From assembly GCA_041736175.1 (NCBI GenBank), contig JBGSUI010000131.1, positions 1 through 50,175 on the forward strand: a stretch of 50,175 nucleotides of DNA, written 5' to 3'. The notes beneath the pieces are model-generated. The model ran no database searches and was not told where the DNA came from. It saw only the letters and a list, made by a program, of their open reading frames with translations. This DNA comes from Oligoflexales bacterium. Its GTDB lineage: Bacteria > Bdellovibrionota_B > Oligoflexia > Oligoflexales > CAIYRB01. Shown here piece by piece: positions 19,121-28,778 of the stretch (position 1 is its first letter; every line of letters begins with the position of its first letter). A program made the position numbers and the translations under genes.

Positions 19121-19810
19121 TCAGTGGGACTTAGTGCTCTGGGACGGCTTTAGGGTGTTAATGTAAGACACCACGTTAAGCATCCCCTGCTCATCAAGAG
19201 CATTCGAAATACCCTGCATCTGGCTGCCGGCGAGATCTTTTGCTGGATTACCACCACGATACTTTGCTTTAAAGTTTTTAAGCTGTCTGATGTAGTACCA
19301 ATCGCTACCACCGGCCAATGGGGGAGCACTGAGGGCTTGATTTCCTTCGCCCTTGGGGCCGTGGCACGCAACACAAACTTGGAATTGGGCCTCACCCTTG
19401 ACCACACTGCCTTCCACGGTTTCTTTTTGTTCCGGATGGGGTTTGGCAGCGATAAGCTGGGAGATGAGTTTGATATCTTCGTCGCTTAAGGTCCTTGCCA
19501 TGGGCCGCATTTTATGGCCATAAAGGTCCCGGGGATGTCCCGCACGGATGCCTTCGCGAAACTTGACCAACTGGGTCGTCAGGTACCATTCGGGCTGCCC
19601 ATTGATCGCTGGAGCACCGATCGCCTGGTTGCCTTCGCCGTTTTGGCCGTGGCAGGAGGAGCACAGGGTGTAGAGCGCCTTGCCTCGATCGGTCGAAAAG
19701 GCAAAAGTGTCCGATGACCACAGGACCGACATTGACGAAACGAGGACACAAGCTGTCAGAGCGAGAGCTGAAAAATGGTGGGCCTTAGATTTGAGCATAG
19801 AGAGTCCCAT
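19121..19810 (-). CDS. Di-heme cytochrome c4-type protein
   Basis: Signal peptide, CSSCH and CVACH heme-binding motifs, P.L/I.G..WY..QL..F repeats, distal Met in each domain. Confidence 0.92.
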   Translation of the reverse strand: MGLSMLKSKAHHFSALALTACVLVSSMSVLWSSDTFAFSTDRGKALYTLCSSCHGQNGEGNQAIGAPAINGQPEWYLTTQLVKFREGIRAGHPRDLYGHKMRPMARTLSDEDIKLISQLIAAKPHPEQKETVEGSVVKGEAQFQVCVACHGPKGEGNQALSAPPLAGGSDWYYIRQLKNFKAKYRGGNPAKDLAGSQMQGISNALDEQGMLNVVSYINTLKPSQSTKSH

Positions 19811-20000
19811 GGAGATGGTTCGGGAGTAAGCATAAATCGAAACGGCTTCGACGACAACGTAACTCTTTACATCGGAGACTGAATTGAGTACCTAGGATCG
19901 CAATCATTTACAACAAAAAAAGATATTGAATGGAACCCAAATTAAGGTTAAGGATCCCAAGCATGATTTCTCATGTCCGTATCATTAAGGATACACTAGA

Positions 20001-20675
20001 GTGACCTCCCATTGGAATAAGTTAAAACCTTGGACCGTCTTAGTGGTCACTGCTGCGGCTCTGGGCCTTGCTTATCTTTATGACCGCGACCCAAACCTCT
20101 TATCCAAATATATAGGTGTCGATCTAGGTCTCGCACCCACACCACCAGCAGGGTATTCAGTCCCCTTAGTCAGCTCGCTGGGGACCACAACCTCCCTCGC
20201 AGACTTCAAAGGCCGGTGGCTGGTCGTGGCCTTTGGATTTGTAAGCTGTCCCGATATTTGCCCGGTTCATATGGCCTACATGACTAAAGAGCTTCGGTCT
20301 TTAAAGGGTTCTGATAAACTAACCGAAGAGGAGCAGCCTTTTCTTGGCGTGTTTATCAGTGTCGACCCCAAGAGGGATAGCATCCCAGCTCTCGAAGCCT
20401 TTCGGCAGCTTTATGATCCAGACCACAAAAACCTCGTCGCACTCACGGGCACGGAAGAGCAGCTTCGCGAAGTAGCTCGTTCCTATGGTGCTTTTTTTGA
20501 ATATCACCAAATTCCTGACAAGGATCCAGAAGGTCACGCCTCGACCGCTGCACCTTACGAGGTTCACCACTCCACAGGTTTTTATGTGATCGACCCCCAG
20601 GGACGTCTTGCCACGGTGGTCTCCATGCCTGCTGTCCAAGGCGTGCTTAAACAAAAGTTGAGCCGTCTTATGTGA
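20001..20675 (+). CDS. SCO1/SenC copper chaperone
   Basis: FGFVSCPDICP (CxxxC), ISVDPKRD, YEVHH; N-terminal TM. Confidence 0.93.
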   Translation: MTSHWNKLKPWTVLVVTAAALGLAYLYDRDPNLLSKYIGVDLGLAPTPPAGYSVPLVSSLGTTTSLADFKGRWLVVAFGFVSCPDICPVHMAYMTKELRSLKGSDKLTEEEQPFLGVFISVDPKRDSIPALEAFRQLYDPDHKNLVALTGTEEQLREVARSYGAFFEYHQIPDKDPEGHASTAAPYEVHHSTGFYVIDPQGRLATVVSMPAVQGVLKQKLSRLM

Positions 20676-20694
20676 TATCTGAAAGGAAATTAGA

Positions 20695-21150
20695 ATGATT
20701 TTTTCACACCATAAAACTCTTCGCTCTTGGTTTCTGGGTTTAGCTGTGCTTATCGTAGGATTGGACCCATGCCTATCCCTTGCTAAAACCGAGGGAGTCT
20801 CCATCACAGACCCGTGGGTGCGACAACCTCCCTCCTCTCAAAAGATCACAGCACTTTATGGGACCATTAAAAACAATTCTCCCACACCCGTCACTGTCGT
20901 CGGCGTCACCCTGGAGGATGCCGCCCAATGCGAAATCCACCAAACCGTGATTGACACCAAGGGCGTCGCCTCAATGAACCACCAACCGACCTATGCCCTC
21001 AAGCCAGGAGAATCCCTCGATTTGACACCAGGCGGGTATCATGTGATGGTGATGGGTCTTAAAAAGGAACTTAAAAAAGGCGAGTCTCTAAAAGGATCTG
21101 TCCTGTTACAGGGCGGTGGAACCATCTCCCTCGAAGCATCTGTCCGCTAG
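20695..21150 (+). CDS. PCu(A)C periplasmic copper chaperone
   Basis: Signal peptide, PWVR, EIH-x10-M, PGGYHVM motifs. Confidence 0.92.
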   Translation: MIFSHHKTLRSWFLGLAVLIVGLDPCLSLAKTEGVSITDPWVRQPPSSQKITALYGTIKNNSPTPVTVVGVTLEDAAQCEIHQTVIDTKGVASMNHQPTYALKPGESLDLTPGGYHVMVMGLKKELKKGESLKGSVLLQGGGTISLEASVR

Positions 21151-21201
21151 GCGCCGATACCTCGGCGCACTCTGCTCCCAACGACTCTTAAGGACCGACC
21201 G

Positions 21202-21777
21202 ATGGCAAAAACCCCCTCGACCATGCTGGCCCTTGGCACTCCACTCCCTGCCTTCGCCCTCAGGGATTACGATGGCAAGGTTTTCGATACAAAAGAGATC
21301 AACAGCTGCAGGGCGTTGTTGGTTATTTTTTTGTGCAACCACTGCCCCTATGTCAAACACATCGCTCCAACTATGGCTCGCGTCACGGACACAATGCTGG
21401 CTGAAGATGGGGTTTACGTGGTCGGCATCAATAGTAACGATGTGGAGAAATACCCCGACGACCGCCCCGAACTGATGAAGGTCGAGGCAGAGACCCAGGG
21501 TTACCGGTTTCCGTATGTTTTTGATGCGACCCAGGGGGTAGCCAAAGCCTTCCAGGCAGCCTGTACCCCGGAATTTTATCTTTTCGATGCCACCTTGAGG
21601 CTTGCTTACCGAGGTCAGTTTGACGGAGCACGACCGGGTAACGCCATCCCGCCCACGGGGCAGGACCTGCTTAGTGCCTTTGAGGAACTCATAAAGGGCA
21701 AGTCACCTAGTCCTGACCAACTGCCATCTCTGGGCTGTAATATCAAGTGGAAACCGGGCCAAGAACCTCGGTATTAA
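21202..21777 (+). CDS. Thioredoxin/peroxiredoxin-like protein (AhpC/TSA family)
   Basis: CNHCPYV, YPDD, ACTPEF, YRGQFD, GCNIKW. Confidence 0.9.
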   Translation: MAKTPSTMLALGTPLPAFALRDYDGKVFDTKEINSCRALLVIFLCNHCPYVKHIAPTMARVTDTMLAEDGVYVVGINSNDVEKYPDDRPELMKVEAETQGYRFPYVFDATQGVAKAFQAACTPEFYLFDATLRLAYRGQFDGARPGNAIPPTGQDLLSAFEELIKGKSPSPDQLPSLGCNIKWKPGQEPRY

Positions 21778-21940
21778 ATGGACATTGAACCGGTGGTAGA
21801 GTTCGAAATAGAGTCTGGCTGCCTGATGGCCTGTGAGTTAGGCAAAAACAGCAATCAAAGAGACGACTTAAACCAGCACCGCGGCCTAGCTCCAATCAGG
21901 TGTCCATTCTTTGGGATGCAACTTTAAGCAGTCACAGCGT

Positions 21941-21960
21941 CGCGCAGGGACGCCTGCGCG
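21941..21960. terminator. GC-rich hairpin between convergent genes
   Basis: cgcgcagg-gacg-cctgcgcg 8-bp stem; no clear U-tract. Confidence 0.4.
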
Positions 21961-21973
21961 CAGGAGACGGTGA

Positions 21974-22828
21974 TCAAAGCTTAGGATTGCTTTGCACGAT
22001 CGTCAAATAGTCGCCGATCACTGCGGCTTCGGGATAGGCATTGTTACAGCTACCGTTGGCGATCAGCTGGACGGCCTCTATCATCGCTGCAAGTGCGTCC
22101 TTAAACTCCTCCGAATTAAAGTCTCTATAGTAGGATTTGTTGACATTGTCTTGAGGATCACCAGAAACCGAGAAGAAATACCAAATCGGTGCCTGTGAGG
22201 AATAATATTTGAATGAGCGAATGTAGGTTTGCAGCACGCCAGAGTATAAAGTCTTTTTGATCGTCAGGTCATCACCAGTCACGGTGATCGACAAGCGTTT
22301 CACTTGGCTCACCTCGGGACAGCTCTCGACCGTAAAGGTTTTGTTCGTGGTGAAAAGAGGCAGCGACGTGGGCTTCATAAGACTCTTCACATAGTCCAGA
22401 TGCGGCTGGGCTCCGGGTGCGGGACGAGAGCACATGCCGTCGCCATTGGCAACCTGGAAAAGCGCTCTTGCGATGGTCGACAGCCACGCCTCGTAAGCGT
22501 CCGTACCAGGCGTCAGGGTCTCGTCAGTGGTCTCATGCTTCCAGTTGTCCTGTCGCGTGTGATGAATGCTCAAGTCCCCACGAGAAAGAACATAAGTATC
22601 GCTTATAAGACTCCGAACACTGTAGACGATGGACTCAGGGCTGGCCGATACCTTTGAGTCTGGGCCATGGGAACCACAGCTGGAGACATTCCAGGAGCCA
22701 TACGCCACAGGCGCCTCGCTGGAGATCGCATCGGCGAGGATGGTGTTCGTGTGCTTAGAGGCGCCACAGGCTAGCAGCGAAAAGGCCGTCGCGGCGGTTA
22801 GCAGAGGAGCGGTAAAGGTTGTTATCAT
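21974..22828 (-). CDS. Hypothetical lipoprotein with internal two-domain duplication
   Basis: Start moved to ATG at 22828 (GGAG RBS); lipobox LLAC; two similar Cys-bracketed halves. Confidence 0.7.
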   Translation of the reverse strand: MITTFTAPLLTAATAFSLLACGASKHTNTILADAISSEAPVAYGSWNVSSCGSHGPDSKVSASPESIVYSVRSLISDTYVLSRGDLSIHHTRQDNWKHETTDETLTPGTDAYEAWLSTIARALFQVANGDGMCSRPAPGAQPHLDYVKSLMKPTSLPLFTTNKTFTVESCPEVSQVKRLSITVTGDDLTIKKTLYSGVLQTYIRSFKYYSSQAPIWYFFSVSGDPQDNVNKSYYRDFNSEEFKDALAAMIEAVQLIANGSCNNAYPEAAVIGDYLTIVQSNPKL

Positions 22829-23014
22829 GGGAATCTCCAGTTTGAAAATATGTAACCTACTGCAAATAAAGGCATTGCATACGCAATGCAAGCGGATTGT
22901 TGCAAATAAAATGAAGTTTTGTCAAGGAGTCTTAGTTAAATCACCAGCCGGGGCTAGTACCGGCATTGATTCTTTGGCGGTCTACGCAGCTCCGTGGTAC
23001 ACTGTTAGCTATCT

Positions 23015-24034
23015 ATGGCGAAAAAAAATCTCAATCAAGCTTCTGTTTGGGGCCTAGCTCTGGTAGCCTCGCTAGCCTTCTTTGGACTAGGTTATGGGAT
23101 CGTGAGCCTTTTGTCGAAAGGCGCAGGTCACCACGGATCGGCAGCCGACGATCATAGTGAATCGGATGAACACCCTCATGGAGACGAGGGTGACCATGGT
23201 GCGCCTAAGCACTCCGAACATGGAGATGCCCCCACTGCTCACCCAGCTTCTACCCCATCAAAGGATGGGCATCATGAAGATGCCACCCACGATAAACCTA
23301 AAGAGAGCTCCCACGACAATCCCAAACACTCTGGGACGACAGGTAACTCTTCGGCCCATTGGACTTACAGTGGATCCCAGGGGCCCCAGGCATGGGGTGA
23401 GTTGGACTCTGGATTTGCCACCTGTAAGGTGGGTAAAAAACAGTCCCCCATCGATATCGATCAGACCCACCGTAACAACGAGCTCCTACCGATCAAGTTT
23501 TATTACAAGCCTATCGAAACGATCGTGAAAAATAACGGCCACACGGTTCAGGCAGACTTACCTAAACAAAGGCTCTATATTGAAATCGAGGGCGAAAGGT
23601 ATGACCTTATCCAATATCACTTTCATATCCCAAGCGAGCATAAGGTCTCTGGTCAGCCTTATGACATGGAGTTGCACTTTGTTCATCGCCATTCCGACGG
23701 TACCCTGGCTGTGATTGGAGTCCTTTTCGAAGAGGGAAAAGCTCTTTCGGCTCTAGAACCGCTCCTTAAGGCGATCCCCGAAGAGGTGGGAGTCGCTTCG
23801 GCAACTTTCGAATCCAATCCTATGGCACTCTTTCCTCCTCAAAAAACTTTTTTTCGCTACGATGGTTCTTTGACCACACCACCATGCACTGAGGGCGTTA
23901 AATGGCACGTGGTTGTTCAGCCTATGGACGCTTCAGCCAAACAGATTGATACCCTCGCTCATTTCTACCGCAGCAATGCTCGACCAGTACAAAGTCTGCA
24001 AGGCCGCAAGGTGTGGCGCAGTACCCGCAGCTAA
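23015..24034 (+). CDS. cah: Alpha-class carbonic anhydrase with N-terminal membrane anchor and His-rich linker
   Basis: HWTY, QSPIDI, NNGHT, HFH..SEH, ELHFVH, GSLTTPPCTEGV, NARPVQ. Confidence 0.93.
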   Translation: MAKKNLNQASVWGLALVASLAFFGLGYGIVSLLSKGAGHHGSAADDHSESDEHPHGDEGDHGAPKHSEHGDAPTAHPASTPSKDGHHEDATHDKPKESSHDNPKHSGTTGNSSAHWTYSGSQGPQAWGELDSGFATCKVGKKQSPIDIDQTHRNNELLPIKFYYKPIETIVKNNGHTVQADLPKQRLYIEIEGERYDLIQYHFHIPSEHKVSGQPYDMELHFVHRHSDGTLAVIGVLFEEGKALSALEPLLKAIPEEVGVASATFESNPMALFPPQKTFFRYDGSLTTPPCTEGVKWHVVVQPMDASAKQIDTLAHFYRSNARPVQSLQGRKVWRSTRS

Positions 24035-24280
24035 CGAACTGTGCATTTTAAGGCACCTGTCAAAAATATCTTGAAAAAAATGATTTGCTACTTACAATGC
24101 AAACGGCATAGTCGAATTGCATAGGAGCTGACTGCATTTTTCTCATATTACTTAGAAAACCTCACAAAACTACACAAAACTCTATAAAGTTTATAGACAA
24201 ATTGTATCGAGAGTTGATTCACACCGAATTGACATAGGTTTTTTACAAAACAATATCATGAACTTACATCCAGAATTTTC

Positions 24281-24295
24281 TGGAACAACCTTTGC
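24281..24295 (+). promoter_or_regulatory. Sigma54-type (-24/-12) promoter
   Basis: TGGAACAACCTTTGC(A), exact GG-N10-GC spacing, 85 bp upstream of the 24380 ORF. Confidence 0.55.
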
Positions 24296-24379
24296 ACAAC
24301 GTTCTTTGCAAATTGTGATTTGTGATCTTCACGGATGGCGAAGATCTTAATGCCGGTTCTTAAATAGGAGAGAGTTCCA

Positions 24380-25465
24380 ATGAGCGAATGGATGTGCCCA
24401 TGGAAAACGCAAAAAATCGTCACAAAATTTCGATTCCACCGTCTTGTGCCGATGTTGGGGGTGTTTCTCATCAATCTCAGTTGCGGCGGAGTGGAACCCA
24501 ATGACTCCACAACACTTCAACTGACTGATAGGGATTTTGCCTGTTATCAGTACAGCGACGGACAACGCTCCTCACACCTAAGAGATATGCCGCCGAGCAT
24601 GGTGAATGCTGGTTCTTTTAGGCAGGGAAACGTTGACGATGTCAAAAACCAGCTCACGGGGATCCCTAAACCCCTTTTAGAGTACCTTTATGGGCGGACG
24701 ACCCAAGTTCGATTTTCTATCGCCGAAGCTAGGCTTGGGCGAGGAACGATGGGGGTCACTATGCTTAGAGGCGCTAACACTCTATCTATGGAGCCAGAAT
24801 CGATCAGGATCGCAGCGATTCCAGAGGCCGTCAATTTTGCCCTCCAGCACGAAGTGGGACATGCGGTAGAATTCCAAGTTAAGCGCGACGATCCCCAAAG
24901 ACACCAGCAACGCTGGCGCCAAGCTTTTCAGGAAGGTCTGAACAACCGCAAATTAAGGGCCTATGCCCGTGAATCATCAGGAGAGTATTTCGCTGAAGCG
25001 TTTGCTAATTTCTATTGCAGTCCAGACGCCCATAACTTTATTTCCCAGGAACTACCCCAAACCTACAGCCTGTTACGCTCCATTCTTCCTCCACCCCGTT
25101 GGGAGGAATCCCAAGATCCACAGCGCACATCGGACGGGCAGTCCAATCCCCAATCACCTCGGGGGCAACCTAGATTTTTTGTGTTTATTGAACCAACTTC
25201 TCCCGACCGCGCCTATATCTATGTGGCCAGCGACTCTCAGGTCAAAAACATAGACCTTTGTCTGGATACAAAAAAAGCCTGCGAGCAAAAGACCGTGATG
25301 GAACCTTCGTTTACGATCACTGATAAGCAGATTTCCGGCCAGGCGGTCCTAAGGTCTAAAAACACCATTGCCATCTCACCAGAGATGCAGTTCACCATTC
25401 ATGGTCTCGGAGAGCGCGGCGAAAAATTGGGCTCGCGGGCGATAGTCATTAAAAAGAGATCTTAA
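24380..25465 (+). CDS. Secreted/lipoprotein zinc metallopeptidase (anthrax LF/PPEP-like gluzincin motif)
   Basis: HEVGH then YA...EYFAEAF; lipobox-like INLSC; AGGAG RBS. Confidence 0.72.
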   Translation: MSEWMCPWKTQKIVTKFRFHRLVPMLGVFLINLSCGGVEPNDSTTLQLTDRDFACYQYSDGQRSSHLRDMPPSMVNAGSFRQGNVDDVKNQLTGIPKPLLEYLYGRTTQVRFSIAEARLGRGTMGVTMLRGANTLSMEPESIRIAAIPEAVNFALQHEVGHAVEFQVKRDDPQRHQQRWRQAFQEGLNNRKLRAYARESSGEYFAEAFANFYCSPDAHNFISQELPQTYSLLRSILPPPRWEESQDPQRTSDGQSNPQSPRGQPRFFVFIEPTSPDRAYIYVASDSQVKNIDLCLDTKKACEQKTVMEPSFTITDKQISGQAVLRSKNTIAISPEMQFTIHGLGERGEKLGSRAIVIKKRS

Positions 25466-25503
25466 CAAACGAGCATCGATAGGATGATTGCCAGGAGACA
25501 GCC

Positions 25504-26172
25504 ATGGAATCTAAGATAAACAAATTCATAATGATCAACCTCCTGAGTCTCGGGGTCGCCCGTTGCACTAACAACGCACCCAAAGACCCACCTATCCTGT
25601 CTCCTGCCCCTGCTGTGCAGCAAGATGCTCAAGCCACGAATGGATCGAGTCCAGAGCCTTTTACGGCGCCCAATCCCGCCAAACAGAGATCGTTTTTATT
25701 GGTGACCTCCCGGGACGAAATCGCGCGACTCATCACCCCTTCGGCCTTGACCGCCCTTCTCGCAGACGCCGATCAAGCAAAGATCGTTGTGACCTCCGAT
25801 CCAAAGGTCTTGGAGTGGGAGACCACGTTAGGCTCTCTTAAGGAGGCAAGCGAACAAAAGTGGAGTGTTAAGATTCCCGAATCCTCAGTTGCTATTAACC
25901 TAACCGCAAAAATAATCTCCAGGGATCAAAAAGAGATTCTCACGGCCGCGGTGGTGATAAACCCTGGGCCCCAAGAAGAGTCCCTTCGACTCTCCTGGAA
26001 GCAGGCTCCGGGAATCGGCGGGATTCCCTCCTCTCCTCAACCAACGCCTACACCCCCCACTTCACCAGCTCCAACTTCACCAGCTCCTGCCGTGGTTCCA
26101 TCCACCCTTAACCAGTGGGATGGACAAAGTGACCTTGGTGGCGTCCTGTGGACGATCCAGACAGCCCCTTAA
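25504..26172 (+). CDS. Hypothetical Pro-rich lipoprotein
   Basis: AGGAG RBS, LSLGVARC, PTSPA repeats. Confidence 0.65.
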   Translation: MESKINKFIMINLLSLGVARCTNNAPKDPPILSPAPAVQQDAQATNGSSPEPFTAPNPAKQRSFLLVTSRDEIARLITPSALTALLADADQAKIVVTSDPKVLEWETTLGSLKEASEQKWSVKIPESSVAINLTAKIISRDQKEILTAAVVINPGPQEESLRLSWKQAPGIGGIPSSPQPTPTPPTSPAPTSPAPAVVPSTLNQWDGQSDLGGVLWTIQTAP

Positions 26173-26191
26173 CCGGGACCTTACGGATCAA

Positions 26192-26899
26192 TCAACCAAT
26201 AAACCGCTCCACCAGCGGTTTCAGCCCATGAGCCCATGCTTCATATCCAAGAGGGCTAAGATGGAGGTAATCATGCATGACTTTAGCGTCGATCGCCCCA
26301 TCGCCCGTTACAAAAACATCGCCTAAATCAAGCCAATGAACTTTGGGGTCGCGGGCTGTCTCCACCCCTTGTCTCACCAGCGCATTACACTGCCCGATCC
26401 TCTGCCTGAGATCATCCGTGCGGGACCGGCTGGCGGGAAGGATTCCGTGGACCATCACCTGGGTTTGGGGAAGCAGTCTCTGGACTTGCGAGACCACGGC
26501 CTGGATGCCTTGTGCCGTCTGGCGAGGTGTCCAGCCACCCCACCAAAGGTTGTTGACCCCGATCAACACCACAATCACCCGAGGTGCGAGTCCCTGCAGC
26601 TCGCCTTGGTCCAGTCTCCACAGAAGGTTTTGAGTCTGATCACCCCCAAGTCCAAGGCACAAAGCGTTCAAGGGTTGCCAAACTCGTTGCCACACACCTT
26701 CTCCAGCGTCCCGCCAACCCTCTGTGATGGAATCTCCCAAAAAAACCAGAGAGGCATCCAGACGGGATTTATGGGCGAGCATCGCGGAGCGACGAGCTTC
26801 GTAATCTTTAAGTGTCATCCAGGCGTGGTTGACCCGCCTGGGACTAGGAAGCCATGGTACCTCGTCGGACAGTGGATCGTGGTGCAATTTACCCCCCAA
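26192..26899 (-). CDS. SGNH/GDSL hydrolase (PAF-acetylhydrolase IB-like)
   Basis: FLGDSIT, GGD, IGVNN, DYLH blocks; start uncertain. Confidence 0.9.
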   Translation of the reverse strand: MGGKLHHDPLSDEVPWLPSPRRVNHAWMTLKDYEARRSAMLAHKSRLDASLVFLGDSITEGWRDAGEGVWQRVWQPLNALCLGLGGDQTQNLLWRLDQGELQGLAPRVIVVLIGVNNLWWGGWTPRQTAQGIQAVVSQVQRLLPQTQVMVHGILPASRSRTDDLRQRIGQCNALVRQGVETARDPKVHWLDLGDVFVTGDGAIDAKVMHDYLHLSPLGYEAWAHGLKPLVERFIG

Positions 26900-28268
26900 G
26901 TTTAGTCTTCTGCTCCATATTATTGCAAAGCCAAGTCACCAAATCGATTTTTGTGAGGATATGCCGGGGCCGTTTAGAGCCATCGATCACAACGGCACTG
27001 GAGGCGTACATCAAGATATCCTGCAGGGTGCTGATGGGGGTCGATTCTTCGACGGTCGGTACATTCCGATCCATGGCGTCCGAAAGAGGAGACTCGTAGG
27101 TTAGCTCGCTGGTCGCCAGATAGCGGAGCAAATCCTCTTCCTTGACCATACCGATTAAGATGCCATTATGGGTGACAGGAATCTGGGAGATCCCACTGAT
27201 AGCCATCATCCGAGTCGCCTCGGCGACGGTGGCATCGTGATTCAGGGAGATCACCTGGGGTTTGTTGGCAAGCAAAATACTGACGGAACCATCGATGGTT
27301 GCCACACCCGAAAACCGGTTGTCCCTAAGCCATTTGTCATCCACAAACTTAGTCATATAGTTACGCACACCGTCTGACAGAATCGCCACACAGTTTTGAC
27401 CTTTTTTTAGCTTTTTGGCTTCTTTTAGCGCTGCATAAAGGGTTGCACCGCTCGAACCTCCAACCAGGAGACCCTCCTCGGCGATCAGTCGCCTTGCCAG
27501 TTGAAACGACTCTCGATCGGCTGTCTTAACCCACGTATCGACGAGATTTCGGTCGAGGACGTCAGGTATAAAATCGTAACCAATCCCCTCAACTTTATAG
27601 GTTCCGATCACTCCAGGCCCCGCCAGGATCGAGCCTACAGGGTCTGCCCCCACCACGAGGCACTCTGGATTGGCCTCCTTAAGCCTGCGGGCTACTCCTG
27701 TAATCGTCCCCCCCGTACCCGCCGAGATCACCACCATATCAATCTTTGGGTGTGCCGACCCTTGCAAGTCATCAAGGATCTCCTGGGCGGTGCCTTCGTA
27801 GTGGGCTTTAGGGTTATCCGGGTTTCCATATTGATCTAAAATATGGGCATTGGGCAGTTCTTTTTGAAGCCTTCTCGCCACTCCGATATGGCTTTCAGGA
27901 GCATCCCAAGCCGCTTCGGTCGGCGTGCGAATGATCTCTGCTCCAAGGGCTTCGAGGATCACTTGCTTTTCCCGTGACATTTTTTCGGGCATGGTGATGA
28001 TAATCCGGTATCCCTTGACCGCGCCGGCCAGAGCTAAACCGATACCAGTATTGCCACTGGTAGGTTCGATCAAGGTGTCACCTGGTTTGATCCTGCCGGT
28101 TTTTTCGGCTTCGAGAACCATCCGGTATCCAATCCGGTCCTTAACGGAGCCGCCTGGATTCAAATACTCACATTTCACATAGAGATTGCATTCAAGATGA
28201 GATCCCACCCGGTTGAGCTTTACGAGGGGTGTTCTCCCGATCGCTTCGAGGATGTTTTGAAAAAGCAT
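26889..28268 (-). CDS. cbs: Cystathionine beta-synthase with C-terminal CBS domains
   Basis: NPGGSVKDR (PLP Lys), EPTSGNTG, GTGGT, YKVEGIGYDF, RNYMTKF, tandem CBS pair. Confidence 0.93.
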   Translation of the reverse strand: MLFQNILEAIGRTPLVKLNRVGSHLECNLYVKCEYLNPGGSVKDRIGYRMVLEAEKTGRIKPGDTLIEPTSGNTGIGLALAGAVKGYRIIITMPEKMSREKQVILEALGAEIIRTPTEAAWDAPESHIGVARRLQKELPNAHILDQYGNPDNPKAHYEGTAQEILDDLQGSAHPKIDMVVISAGTGGTITGVARRLKEANPECLVVGADPVGSILAGPGVIGTYKVEGIGYDFIPDVLDRNLVDTWVKTADRESFQLARRLIAEEGLLVGGSSGATLYAALKEAKKLKKGQNCVAILSDGVRNYMTKFVDDKWLRDNRFSGVATIDGSVSILLANKPQVISLNHDATVAEATRMMAISGISQIPVTHNGILIGMVKEEDLLRYLATSELTYESPLSDAMDRNVPTVEESTPISTLQDILMYASSAVVIDGSKRPRHILTKIDLVTWLCNNMEQKTKLGG

Positions 28269-28778
28269 AGATCTCTCCTTTTGCTTAGGGGCCCAAAATC
28301 CAAAAAAATCTTATCAAAAATCACCAAATTGGGGTGACATTTTTGGTTCTGCCGGCTCCCTTTGTAGTTTCATTTGAGGCCCTTGCCAACACCAATCCGA
28401 AGTATGCCCCTATCCAATCCTTGCAGGGGCCGGCAGAAGCTGGTTTTTGGCCCCTGGGGACTGAGTCTAAGGTCCTGAAAACCTTATTACAAAGGTCCAA
28501 TGAGAGGCTTTTTTTAATAAAAAAATCAGGAGTCTCCCCTTCCACCACACCCGTGGCCCTTGATTGACTCCATGTCGGCAGAAATGTCAAAATATCAATG
28601 ACCGCCCCTTTCAGCAATGGCCTGCCCCCCTCTCTCCTTTACGAAAAATTTTTTTTAACTGGTTTTGGCCCCATATGGATTCTGCCGATGATCTTTCCAG
28701 TTAGCCCTGTGAGTCTTGACGATCCGACAGGACACCCCTGCCTCCCTCGACAGAGTCCCTTTCACTGGATGTGCTTCT

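Noticed and set aside
21777..21927. 8-bp inverted repeat (aatggaca/tgtccatt) around about 130 bp as a MITE, and a 49-codon ORF at 21778
   Set aside because: Repeat too short, no target duplication or second copy in the window, and no recognisable protein features
24104..24120. CGGCATAGTCGAATTGC as a sigma54 promoter
   Set aside because: GG to GC spacing is 12, not the required 10
28269..28778. SAM or c-di-GMP riboswitch upstream of cbs or pilM
   Set aside because: I could not find the conserved core motifs on either strand by eye
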